A program made the translations under genes and the position numbers. A DNA stretch of 63,914 bases, counting the filler, from Thraustochytrium aureum (taxonomy: Eukaryota), in the NCBI GenBank assembly GCA_012862495.1. It is 6 parts of one record of this genome, joined end to end, with 100 filler letters (N's around TTAATTAATTAA, not from the genome) between each part and the next. Parts side by side here need not be neighbours in the genome. Positions count along the whole stretch, not along the records: positions 1 to 23,163 come from BLSG01000216.1; 5 more parts are not named here. One strand, given 5' to 3'. This document shows, in pieces, positions 12,498-23,263 of the stretch. The number at the start of each line of letters is the position of its first letter. The stretch's first letter is position 1. The notes beneath the pieces were generated by a model. The model saw only the letters and a list, made by a program, of their open reading frames with translations. It was not told the origin of the DNA and did no database searches.

Positions 12498-12892
12498 ATG
12501 GCCACCATGCTTGCTGCCGCAAAGGACGGCGCTGCCGCGGCGCGCGACGGAGCGGAGAAGCGCGGCGGAGAGGAGGCAGACCGCTTGATGGCGCCGCTGG
12601 GCGGGTTCGAGGCGAGCAGAGCGAGGCAAGAGTTGCGGGAGGCCTCGACGGAGCTCGCAGACGGCACGACAGGGCTGCGCGTGAGCTGCTGAGGCCGGCG
12701 AGCAAGGTGCTGGAGGACGTTCGAGGGTCGGCCGGGAGGGTTGAGGCGAGCGAAGGACGCGCTGCGGACAACCTGGCCTGTGTGCGGAAGGCGTGCAGAG
12801 ACCTCGAGTCGCGAGCCGTCGTTTCGGCTTCGCTCGTTCAGCGCCTGACCAGGTGCGTCGCGGCGGCAGAGGCAGGGGGCGGCACAAGCTGA
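12498..12892 (+). CDS. Possible small coiled-coil hypothetical protein (probably frameshifted near 12685)
   Basis: Helical, protein-like text continues across two frames (..RQELREASTELADGTTGL.. / ..KVLEDVRGSAGRVEASEGRAADNLACVRKACRDLE..). No family recognised. Confidence 0.25.
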
Positions 12893-12968
12893 AATCAGTT
12901 TGCCGTTTGTACCTACAGATCCACAGTAGGGTGTTTGAAGAGTCGCAACCACAGATCGCCGCAGCCTC

Positions 12969-15900
12969 CTAAATCGGCTGGAACGGCGTGATGCGCCAGT
13001 TCCCTTTCGCGTCCGCGCTGAGGTCGACGCCCCAGACCGACGAAACGGATATCTCGAGCTTGCCAGGCACAAAGCGCCCCATGGGGAACTCGCCCGACTC
13101 CCGCCGCACGGTCCCGACGGCGACGTGAAGCACCAGCTCAGGGCTGGCTCGCCCCTCGGCTACCTTGCGCAGCGCCTTTCCATCTTCGGCGGTCAGCATA
13201 AAGGTCGGCACAGCGGCGATAAGGCCCAAGTTATCAAACCAGCTCGTCAGCACGGTGGTGAGCGCCATGCCCTTCATGTAAAACAGCGACTGGCCCGTGC
13301 TGTCCTGAACAATCACGACCCCTGCCGCCCCTGCAGCTTGCGCAAAACGGGCCTTTTGCTCAAACATGCACTCGCCCCGCTCCACGAGCACTATTTTGCC
13401 CGCAACGCGGTCCGGCGGATATGCCTCAGCTGTGCACCACTTGCAGTGGCCCCCAGCACCAGTGGCGCTGAGACGACCGCCTCTTCGCCGAACGCAGCGG
13501 GGCTAAACTCGGCTGTTGAGCAAGGCACTGTCATCGGCTCGCACAACGCCGCAACGTCATCGGGCGCCACGCCCTCCCCGCACGCCAAGGTTGCGTAGCA
13601 CTTTACAGCGACGTCTGGGCGGGACGAGTCCAAATAGATATACCGGGACTCCGCTGCGGCCCTCGGCGCGTGCTCTTCAGCGCCGCTCGGCGGGGCAAAG
13701 CGCGTCACCCGGGCTGCCACCACGTGGCCTCCAAGGCTGTTTATTTCCAGCTCGGTTCGAGAAACCGCGTGCTCCACCAAAAGNNNNNNNNNNNNNNNNN
13801 NNNNNNNNNNNNNNNNNNNNNNNNNNNNNNNNNNNNNNNNNNNNNNNNNNNNNNNNNNNNNNNNNNNNNNNNNNNNNNNNNNNNNNNNNNNNNNNNNNNN
13901 NNNNNNNNNNNNNNNNNNNNNNNNNNNNNNNNNNNNNNNNNNNNNNNNNNNNNNNNNNNNNNNNNNNNNNNNNNNNNNNNNNNNNNNNNNNNNNNNNNNN
14001 NNNNNNNNNNNNNNNNNNNNNNNNNNNNNNNNNNNNNNNNNNNNNNNNNNNNNNNNNNNNNNNNNNNNNNNNNNNNNNNNNNNNNNNNNNNNNNNNNNNN
14101 CTCTGCCGCGCCCGACTGGATTCGTGGCGCGGCGAGCCCCCCGAGGGTCTCCGTCTGGACGTGCTTTTGGCGAGCCGCCGCGGCACCTGCCTCGCCGCGG
14201 TCCCGGCGACCCGCCCCGGACGCTGGCGCCGCTCCTGCTGATTCTTGCTGGTCGCTGTTCGAGTCGGGGGTCAGGTCGTCGTGGAGTCCCCTCCGCCCGC
14301 TCGCAGAGGCGAGGAAGCCGCTGCGTCGCGGCTTGCGGAGGTCAGGGTCAATGCCATAGTACATCTCAATATAGGGGTCCTCTTCCTCCCAGGTTTCGAG
14401 CAAGAGCGCCGGGCACTCGCGGTTGGAGGCCATTTCTGGCCACACGGACTGCACGCCCCAGAGGGCCTTTGGCAAAGCAGCAGCGGGGCCGCGCGGCTTG
14501 GTCTTTGGGGGCCCGCGGTGAGAGGCCGCCGAATCGGTCGGAGTGTGGTCGGCGCCTGTGGCCTGCGAAGCACGGCGCGAAGGCTTTGCGAAGCCCATGC
14601 GCAGCGCCGCCGCTTGGTACTCGGACCGGATCGGGAACGGGTGCGCCTCAGTGGTGAAAATGTAGCGCCCGCCTTGGTCCTCGCGCACAAAGCTGTCCAG
14701 GTCGAACAGCAGATACAAGTATTTGAGGAACTCGCCCAGAAAAAACGACGGCATCGTGTCGTGCAGGCGCTCGGTTTTGATGTCCATGACGCTCGCGTAG
14801 CCGCACTCGACGCGGCAGGTCGCCTGCACGGAGCGGAGCATGTCGTAGCCCGCGCGCAGCCAGGACGGATCGTCCGCTGCAATGCTCAGGTAGTAGACGC
14901 TCTCCGCCAGCTCGGGCCGCAGCGGGTAGCCGCGCCGCGTGCCGCCAGAGAGCGGAGCCCATTTGTCGATCCCAAAGTCCTCGGGAGTAAACCCAAACTC
15001 GTTCCAAACCTGCATGAAGGCGTTGGTTGTCTTGGTCGCCGCCTCGAGGTCGCCAACGAGGCTCTGCATGCCAGGCCAAAACGCCTGCAGGTTGTTAAAT
15101 TGCCGCCGCTGCACGGTACCGCGGTGCATGTTCACGTCCACGTACCAGGTCTGCTCGACGCGCAGGTGCTCGATCGCCGCCTTGTACAGCTCGGAAAACA
15201 TGTCAAAGCTCTCGTCGTCGCCGAAAAGTATGTAGTGCTTCAAGTAGTACTCGTACAGGCTGTCGATGTTGGAGCCGATACCGGCCGTGGGCTCCGTCCA
15301 GCGCCCCGTGGCGACGTCGATGTGCCGTCCCACGAGCCCTAGCTTGGAACGGTGGTCGAAGATCGACCGGAGCGCCTCGCGGGCGGCCAGACCGTATTTG
15401 GGGTCCCCACTCAGCACCGAGACCATGCCGAACTCGAGCGACAAGCTTCCGGCGGCCGCGGTGCAGGCCTCTGTCGTCTCGCCCGGCGGCACGCCGCGGC
15501 GCAGGTTGACCGTGCCGTACGGGATCGCCGTCGACGTGTTGAAGGCGGGCAAGAGCCGGTCCGCAAGGTCTACGATGAGCGGCAAAAGTCCGCCGTCGTA
15601 GTCTGGCATCGCGCCGAGCTCCGAATCAGAGGCAAGGAGGTGAGCCGAGACCAGCCCCCCCAGGATTCGGATAGTCGTCTCAAAGACGGACACTGCGCGG
15701 TCGAGGTCAAAGTCGGCGCGGGCCTGCACAACGCGAACCGCGCGGGCAAACTCGGTGTAGTTGCCAACGAGGACAAGCATGTCCAGCGAGTCGATGAGCG
15801 TCAGCATGTTGCCCGCCGTGAGGTCAAAGTCCTCGCCAGAGCAGCTAAGAGGCTTGAGCTCGTCTCGCGGAAACGCGTACATCATGTATGCGTTGTAGCC

Positions 15901-16872
15901 ATGGTAGAACGCACTGCGAACCTCGGCGAGGATGTCCAGGCGCTCCGCGTCCGACACCCAGAGGAACCTGTCTTCTGCGTCGCCAGGGTCCTCGGTTGCC
16001 TCGCCAGAGGCTGCCCCATCATCCGAGCCTGTCGGCGCCGCTGGGCAGCCACCAGCCTCGCCCAGCGCGGCGCTCGGGCACTCGCCCAAAGAGTCCGCCG
16101 GGCTGTCCTCGTTGCTATCGCGCCGAATCGTCCAACGTTCGGCGCCCTCGCCCTCTTGCGCATCGGGAGCGCCGGTGGGCGTGGCGCCTCGCGGCGCAGG
16201 GTCCTCTCTCGAGGCGGCCGGTGGTGCGGGCTCGGAGATCGCCCCACGAATCTCTGCAACGAAATCGGGCGCCCAGCACAACACGGGCGAGCACACAGTT
16301 ATCAAGTAGGCGCATGTCCGAATCTCCGCGACCGAGAGGACCTGCGCAAGGTCGCGCGCTGCGACGGCGCGGCGTGTCGCTTCCGGCGGGACGCGCTGCC
16401 GCCCGGTAGCAGAGCAGCACTGCAACCGACCTCAGCTGGCGCCGCGCCCTGTTTCGTCGCAACGCTGGCCATCGACGAAATGGTAAAACATGAACTGTGG
16501 CCAGTCCGCGAGGCTTGCGCCCAGTCGGGAGGACGGCGCAAGTGAGCCTGTGCTGCTCTTGAACTCACCTGCAGACCAGTCCATGGAGACCTTTCCTGCG
16601 CTCTTGGCATGGAATTGTCGGACGTGCCTCTTGTGGCACCACCTGTACCGCCACCACCCGTTCGTAGCGTGCTCGACGCACTCGGACTCGAGCGGCTTGA
16701 GCTCGTCTTCAAGCCTGCGCACAAGTGCAGCTTCCAGCCCAGCCCACTCGGCAGCGCTCGGCGCGCCCGCCGCCGCGCCGGCAGCAGACTGCGGCGCGGC
16801 GCGGCATTCAGCAGCAACAAGAGCTGCCACCACGGCCGCCACCAGCGCCGCGAGGCCGACCTGCCGCGCCAT
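12969..16872 (-). CDS. EDEM: EDEM-like GH47 alpha-1,2-mannosidase with N-terminal MRH (OS-9/PRKCSH) lectin domain and C-terminal PA domain
   Basis: Signal MARQVGLAALVAAVVAALVAAECRA; MRH: C...NGWWRYRWCHKRHVRQFH..GQRCDETG..LQCC..VAEIRTCAYLITVCSPVLC; GH47: FYHGYNAYMMYAFPRDELKPLSC, VSVFETTIRILGGL, IDSLYEY, YPLRPELAES, MPSFFLGE, FTTEAHP; PA: GKIVLVERGECMFEQKARFAQAAGAAGVVI. In-frame TGA at 16432-16434, gap 13784-14100, indel near 13437. Confidence 0.88.
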
Positions 16873-17354
16873 TCAGTCGTCGCCCGGGCCAGCCGGCGCA
16901 ATCACGCGACAGCCCGCGAGCCCTCGCGCCTTCCGGCGGGTGAGGCCCGCGAGCGGGCTCGAGCAGCGGCAACCGTCCCGCGGTCGGCCCTCGCTGGCGC
17001 GCTTCTTCTGCGGCCCTGCCGCTGTGTCGCGCGGAGGGAAGGAAGCCCAGTCGCGGCGGGCTCTGCCTCGTTCGTGCCGCAGCGCCCCCGCGCAGGGAGC
17101 TGGCGTGCGCAAGAGCGAGAGCTTGGAAGGGGTCCTGGCCGCGCCAGATCCACTCCGTCCAAGCCCCAATCCGAGCTCGCGATCCGAGCGCTGTCCGCGG
17201 GCAGACCCCGAGCAGCGCGGGCGTGCGGGCGAGGCACGTCGGCGGCGGTGCGCGCGCTCCGTAGACGCGGTCCAGGCGACTGCGGCTGCGGCCAAGGAGA
17301 AGGAGCAGGGCAAGTGGAGTTGGCGGGGTTTTGGCGGTCGCGGACGTGCGCGGG

Positions 17355-17619
17355 ATGGAGCAGCAGCCCCAGCAAGTCGCCGCCACCGGCCCCACGGTCG
17401 GCGGCGCGGCAACGCGCGGCGGCAAGTTCGCGCTGGAGAAGGTCGATAACTTTTACGGGAGCTCGGCCGGCGCCGGGAGCGGCGCGTTTCACACGTACAG
17501 ACATCATCGGCGGACGGAGCTGGAACGCCTGCGCAAGCTGGACGAGGAGGACGCCGAACTGAAGGCGAAACGGGAGTTTGAAGCTGCGCGAGAAGCAAAC
17601 GCGCGCAGTGCAGCAGAGC
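17355..17619 (+). CDS. PRKRIP1: PRKR-interacting protein 1 homolog (DUF1168), 3' part lost in gap
   Basis: VDNFYGSSAGAGSGAFHTYRHHRRTELERLRKLDEE family motif. Confidence 0.88.
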
Positions 17620-18016
17620 NNNNNNNNNNNNNNNNNNNNNNNNNNNNNNNNNNNNNNNNNNNNNNNNNNNNNNNNNNNNNNNNNNNNNNNNNNNNNNNNN
17701 NNNNNNNNNNNNNNNNNNNNNNNNNNNNNNNNNNNNNNNNNNNNNNNNNNNNNNNNNNNNNNNNNNNNNNNNNNNNNNNNNNNNNNNNNNNNNNNNNNNN
17801 NNNNNNNNNNNNNNNNNNNNNNNNNNNNNNNNNNNNNNNNNNNNNNNNNNNNNNNNNNNNNNNNNNNNNNNNNNNNNNNNNNNNNNNNNNNNNNNNNNNN
17901 NNNNNNNNNNNNNNNNNNNNNNNNNNNNNNNNNNNNNNNNNNNNNNNNNNNNNNNNNNNNNNNNNNNNNNNNNNNNNNNNNGCTCAGGCCGCCGCCGCCA
18001 TCCGCGTGAGACTTAC

Positions 18017-18219
18017 TTTCATTTCCGCGCGGCGCCGGGCCCTTCACGTCCGTCTTGATCGGCAAGATGAACATGCCGCAGACGTCGTTCACCTTCGCAT
18101 CATTGAATGCCGAGTGGTATGCCGGCTGCCCGAGCACACGTTGCGCGCGCACACACAACGCCCCTCGACGTTGTCAGCCCCTCCCTTCACTCGCGCGCAA
18201 GCTCGAGCCCACTCACCAT
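18017..18219 (-). CDS. ARPC3: Arp2/3 complex subunit 3 (p21), exons 1-2; remainder falls in gap 17620-17980
   Basis: Exon 1 = ATG (18219-18217)|GTGAGT; intron 18126-18216 with CTGAC branch and CAG; exon 2 PAYHSAFND..VCGMFILPIKTDVKGPAP; next donor GTAAGT at 18016. Confidence 0.88.
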
Positions 18220-18700
18220 CGCGCCTCGCTCTCCGTCGCTCGCCCCGTGCCCCGACTCGCGCCTCCCTCAGCCGCCGCCGCGTTGGCGACTCGCAAGCCG
18301 CGACGCAGAAGGTTGCTTTTCGCGGTGGGAGAGGGGGGGGGGGAGGAAATGAAGAAAGCAAGTGGATCCGGCCCTCGCAGCACAGCCACCTCGCCTGCCC
18401 GGTCGCGAGCCGCTTCGCAAATCCTGCGCGACTCCCCGCTCGCCACGCCCAGTCTCCCTGCGTCCTGTCCCTTCGCGCACTGCCCGCCCGCCCGCCCGCC
18501 CGCGCTCTCCGCAGCGGCTTGCGAAAATCTTGGGCGGTCCACACCCTAGCCCAACCCTAACCTGCCCCTCTATACCTCCTCCGCTTAAATAGAGGAGCTC
18601 CGCAGACCTTCGGTATTGCGGGGGCCAATGAGAGTTCCTCCTTGTTTTTGTGCCCTCTCGGCAGAGTGGCCCTTTCTGGTGTGAGAATTTTCTTTTCTTC

Positions 18701-18775
18701 GGAGGGGGATGGGAACCCGCGCCACCGTGTGAGAGGTTCCTTTCCTGCGGAGGGGATGGGAACCCGCGCGCACCA
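18701..18775. repeat. Imperfect direct repeat (~26 bp x2) in the divergent ARPC3/PAH intergenic region
   Basis: GGAGGGGGATGGGAACCCGCGCCACC (18701) and GGAGGGGATGGGAACCCGCGCGCACC (18749). Confidence 0.75.
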
Positions 18776-19178
18776 TTGCGCCGCAGGGAGGGGCGTGCTG
18801 CTAGTGAAAAGGTGCCCAGCGGGTTCCCCGATACTGGACGCGTTTTGTTTGGTTCCGCATGCGCTGCAGAGGGAGGCGAGCGCCGACTTTGAGAGGGAGC
18901 GGCGAGTTTGCAACAGGAGAGAAAGAAATCCGTCCGCGCGGCAAGCAGCATCCGAAGCAGCAGACCAGAGCCCGAACGCAGTCGGCCAGGGAGGAGGACC
19001 TTGACGGCAGCAGGGCCCGCCGCAGGCAGGAGCAGGCCCGAAGAAGCGCAAGAAGGCTTGACTGCGCGGACGACGCTCGTGCGCCTGGCTTGGTTGCTGC
19101 TCGCCCGGGTTTCGTTTTCGGTTTTTGCACGTTTTTATTTGGGACCGAAGGAAGGCAGGTTGTTTGGGTGCGAACAGG

Positions 19179-20716
19179 ATGCGCTCCGCGGTCGTGCGGC
19201 GCGCGAGCGCGCTGGCGACGCGNNNNNNNNNNNNNNNNNNNNNNNNNNNNNNNNNNNNNNNNNNNNNNNNNNNNNNNNNNNNNNNNNNNNNNNNNNNNNN
19301 NNNNNNNNNNNNNNNNNNNNNNNNNNNNNNNNNNNNNNNNNNNNNNNNNNNNNNNNNNNNNNNNNNNNNNNNNNNNNNNNNNNNNNNNNNNNNNNNNNNN
19401 NNNNNNNNNNNNNNNNNNNNNNNNNNNNNNNNNNCGCCGAGACGGTCCACCCAAGGCTGCAGCGGGTGCACAGCGGCGTGGAGCGAGGTGAACCCGTGCG
19501 AACGAGCCTCAACTTTAAAGTCTCGCACAAGCCCGGCGCGCTCGAGGGCGTCCTCCGCCTCTTCCGCGAGCAAGACCTCAACCTGACCCGGATTGAGTCG
19601 CGGCCCAGCAAGTTTGACAACTCCAAGTCCGAGTTCTTCGTGGACTTTGAGGCCGACCCCGAGTCAGAGACGGTCAAGAGCGTCGTCCGCCTACTGGAGG
19701 CGACGTGCTCGGACGTGGTGCTTTCCGACCCGCGCACAGTCCCGTGGTTCCCGCGCCACATCAGCGACTTGGACTCGTTTTCGCAAAAGACTCTCGACGC
19801 CGGCGAAGAGCTCGAAAGCGACCACCCGGGCTTTCACGACCAAGTGTACCGCGTAAGGCGAACCAACATCGTGGGCAACGCGAGCACGTACAAGTTTGGC
19901 CACGAGATCCCCCGTGTTGAGTACAGCCGCGAAGAGGTGGCCACCTGGGGGGTGATCTACAACCGTCTCAAGGAGCTTTTCCCGCTGTACGCCTGCAGCG
20001 AGTACAACCAGATCCTCGCGCTCCTCGAGCACAACTGCGGGTACTCTGCTGACAACATTCCGCAGCTCGAAGACGTCTCGCAGTTCTTGAAAAAGTGCAC
20101 CGGTTTCCAGCTCCGCCCGGTTGCCGGCTTGCTCTCTGCGCGCGACTTTCTCAACGCGCTGGCGTTTCGAACGTTCTTTTCCACGCAGTACATTCGCCAC
20201 CACAGCAAGCCGCTGTACACGCCAGAGCCGGACGTGGTGCACGAACTCATGGGTCACGCCCCGCTGCTTGCCGACCCCAACTTTGCGGAGCTCAGCCAGC
20301 AGTATGGCCTCGCCTCGCTTGGCGCGAGCGACCGCGACATCGAGCGCCTGGCAACGTGCTACTGGTTCACCATCGAGTTCGGCCTCTACCGCGACAAGGA
20401 CGAAATGAAGGCGTACGGCGCCGGCCTGCTCTCGTCCTTTGGCGAGCTCGAGTGGGCCTGCAAGCCCAAGGCGGAGGGGGAGCCTGGCCCACAGTACCTT
20501 CCCTGGGATCCGACCGTCGCTTGCGAGACCAAGTACCCGATCACGACCGTGCAGCCGACCTACTTTGTGGCCGAGTCGCTCAAGGACGCCAGCGACAAGC
20601 TCAAGGAGTTCGGCGAGATGCACGTCGTGCGCCCCTTCCACGTCTCCTACCTGCCGCTCTCGCAGACCATTCACTGCGACCGCTCCATCAAGCGCAAGGC
20701 ATACCCGAAGGACTAG
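19179..20716 (+). CDS. PAH: Phenylalanine-4-hydroxylase (ACT + biopterin-dependent hydroxylase domain), spans a gap
   Basis: ACT: PGALEGVL.LF..NLTRIESRPSK; catalytic: VPWFPR.ISDLD, DHPGFHD.VYR.RR, YTPEPDVVHELMGHAPLL, YWFTIEFGL, AYGAGLLSSFGEL. N-terminus MRSAVVRRASALAT before the gap. Confidence 0.93.
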
Positions 20717-20845
20717 CCTTGGGCCTCAGGCTCGTGGCTCTCCAGCAACAGAGCGCTTGGGCTCGAGAGCAAAAGGGAAGACATTTTTATTTTGACCTTT
20801 TTCACAAGCGAACGGCCGGGCCCTTGAGCGCGGCCTGTTTAGCGC

Positions 20846-23163
20846 TCATCGGAACAGCTCCGCGAGGTCCTCTAACGACAGCTTATTGCGGGCCGCCTGC
20901 TCTCGTAGCTCGCCGGGGTCGAGGTCGGTCGCGTCGGCCAGTGCGTCGCTCGCCATGCTCGCTTTGCGCTGCTGCAGGGCCAGCATTCTCTCCTCCACTG
21001 TGTCGCGGGCAATCAAACGGTGCACGTGCACTGGGCGGCGCTGGCCGATCCGGTGCACTCGCGCGATCGCCTGGTGCTCCACCTCTGTTCGCGCTGGCCA
21101 GTCAGCAACGCCAGCGCCCAAACGCACCACAAAACCAAACCTCGCAGCTGAACAAAAAAAACTTACGAGGGTTCCACCACGGATCCACCAGGACGGCAAC
21201 GGAGGCAGCCGTCAGGTTCAGCCCGACGCCGCCGGCCATCAAGCTCACGAGGAACACGTTGACGTTTGCGCTGTTCGAAAAGCGCTCGATGCGCTCGACA
21301 CGCTTGGACTGCGAGAGCGAGCCGTCCAGCCGCACGTGGCGAACCCCAGCTCGCTCGAGCGCCGTGCCAACGAGGTCTAGCATCCCCGTGAACTGCGAAA
21401 ATACGAGCAGCTTGACGGGGGCGACACTAGCGCTACCGGCCGCCTTTTGGCCGTCGCTTGGAGGAGCCTCGCTTTCGAGGGCAGCGCTCTGCGCGAGCTT
21501 GAGCGCGTGCGCCGTGTCCTCGGGTCCCAACAAGCGTTCTGCTACGGCAAGCAAGTCGCCCTCCAGCGCGTCGCCTGCCGCGAGCGCACTATTGAGCCGC
21601 GCAGCTTCGGCAACGCGTTCCATGACAAGTTCCAGCTTGGACGAGCTACGAAAGTGCTTGGTCACAAGCTCTCGCGAGGACCGCACAACAGACCCTCCTG
21701 GGCCCAGCACAACCTTGGCCTTGAGCGAGCCAGCCAGGTCTTTGACCTCGTGCCGTGTCATGGGCTGCCTGCAAAGGGGGCACTCGAACGTGCCGAGGGA
21801 CGCGAGAGACACTCGTCGCAGAACACGTGCCCACACTTGGTCACCACAGGATCGTTGGGCGGGTCAAGGCAGATCGGGCACTCTGCTGATAAGTCTGTGC
21901 CGCCGCGCAGCGTCCGCTCGACAAACGAAGAGCACAGCGGCTCTGGGGCCTCGTGTTCGGTCGATTCGGTGGAACCGGGGGCAACACCAGCGAGCCCCGA
22001 GTTTGGCCCGGCAGAGGCGGCGCTAGAGACGCCAAAGGTCAGCGTCGAGGCCGCAGCCGATGCGGCATCTCCCGCGGCGGCTTTGCTGAGGACGAGGAAC
22101 GGGTGGTCGCAAGCCTGGCGCAGGCGACACAGCATTGCGAGGATCGCCGCATAGTTGCTGCGCGCGGACCCAGAGGCCACAAAGCCGTCGAACTCGGCTT
22201 TGGACTGCGAATACAGAGCCGAGTAAAATCCACGCTCCCCTGCCGTGAGCTCTACGGGGACAACCTCGACGAGCTTTGGCGGTAGCTCCGAGTCGCGGTG
22301 CGCACCCCTGCCCTCGGCATCCAGCTGCTTCTTCGTCCGTCGAAGCATGAGCGCCCGCAGCAGGTCGCGCAGCCGCTGCATGGCAGCGGAGCTCTCCTCC
22401 TTGTCACGGTCCTGTTCGAACGGGGCCCGAATTATTCGGGACCACCATAGGTAAGAGTCCCATGGCTCGAAGCGCAGGAATCGCACCAGGCCAAAGATGT
22501 CGTCTACGTGGTTTTGCAGAGGCGTCCCCCGTGAGCGCCCACCGTCGGTCGGCCTGCAGCGCCGCCGCCGCCCTCGCCTTGTCGGTGGCCTTGTTTTTGA
22601 TGAGGTGGGCTTCGTCAAGCACGACGCGGTCCCACTCTATCGCGTAGAGTGCCGAGTGCTTCCCGGCGGTGCTCGCCGCAAACTCTGAGCTGATGACTCC
22701 GTACGAGGTGATTACACAATCAGCAACCCCAGCGTCGAGCGCTCCCGCCTTGGAGCGGTCCTGGCCATGGAAAACGCAAGTGCGGAGCCTGCCGCGCTCT
22801 ACCTTGTCCTCAATCTCGGCCTCCCACTGCCCGATCAGGGAGACCGGGCAGACGACTAGCGTGCCGCCGCGACGGCGAGGTCCAGGGCTCGGCCGTTGCG
22901 AGCTGCGCGCGGCCGCTGCGGCGAGCACAAGCGCGAGCACGCAAATCGTTTTGCCGAGCCCCATCTCATCGCCAAGGATGCCGCCCCGCAGCGGCCGTGG
23001 CGGGGGCGGCGGCTGGAGCGCGACGCGCCGCTTGAACGAGTTTATGTAGAGCGGCGTATGCGATTCGTCGGCGAACGCGAGCTCGTGCCACATGGCGCGG
23101 CCCTCAGCGGCGTCGCCGGCACCAGGATCGAGACCAACTTGCTCGCGCTGTAGCATCCAGCGC
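20846..23163 (-). CDS. RAD5/RAD16-family SNF2 helicase with RING finger, 5'-truncated at scaffold end
   Basis: GGILGDEMGLGKT, TLVVCPVSLIGQW, RVVLDEAH, LTGTPLQN (extra G at ~22528), LRQACDHP, CPICLD..CGHVFC..C..CPLCR, VFSQFT, AGGVGLNL, DPWWNP|QVEHQAIARVHRIGQ with intron 21085-21166 (GTAAGT..CAG). Confidence 0.92.
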
Positions 23164-23207
23164 NNNNNNNNNNNNNNNNNNNNNNNNNNNNNNNNNNNNN
23201 NNNNNNN

Positions 23208-23219
23208 TTAATTAATTAA
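23208..23219. other. Artificial scaffold spacer (TTAATTAATTAA within N44 flanks)
   Basis: Palindromic 12-mer giving stops in all six frames, centred in a 100-bp N block; recurs five times. Confidence 0.95.
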
Positions 23220-23263
23220 NNNNNNNNNNNNNNNNNNNNNNNNNNNNNNNNNNNNNNNNNNNN

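Noticed and set aside
16432..16434. Selenocysteine or an alternative genetic code
   Set aside because: The position does not align to a conserved Cys; TGA, TAG and TAA all terminate other genes normally; indel error is more parsimonious.
18543..18561. Telomeric repeat
   Set aside because: Only two degenerate CCCTAR units, internal.
20095..22026. 643-aa + strand ORF overlapping PAH and the RAD5-like gene
   Set aside because: Off-frame, Arg/Pro/Ala-rich shadow with no family motifs.
23208..23219. Repeated TTAATTAATTAA palindrome as a biological element (e.g. piggyBac TTAA site or CRISPR-like repeat)
   Set aside because: Always centred in an exact 100-bp N block; this is a six-frame-stop assembly linker.
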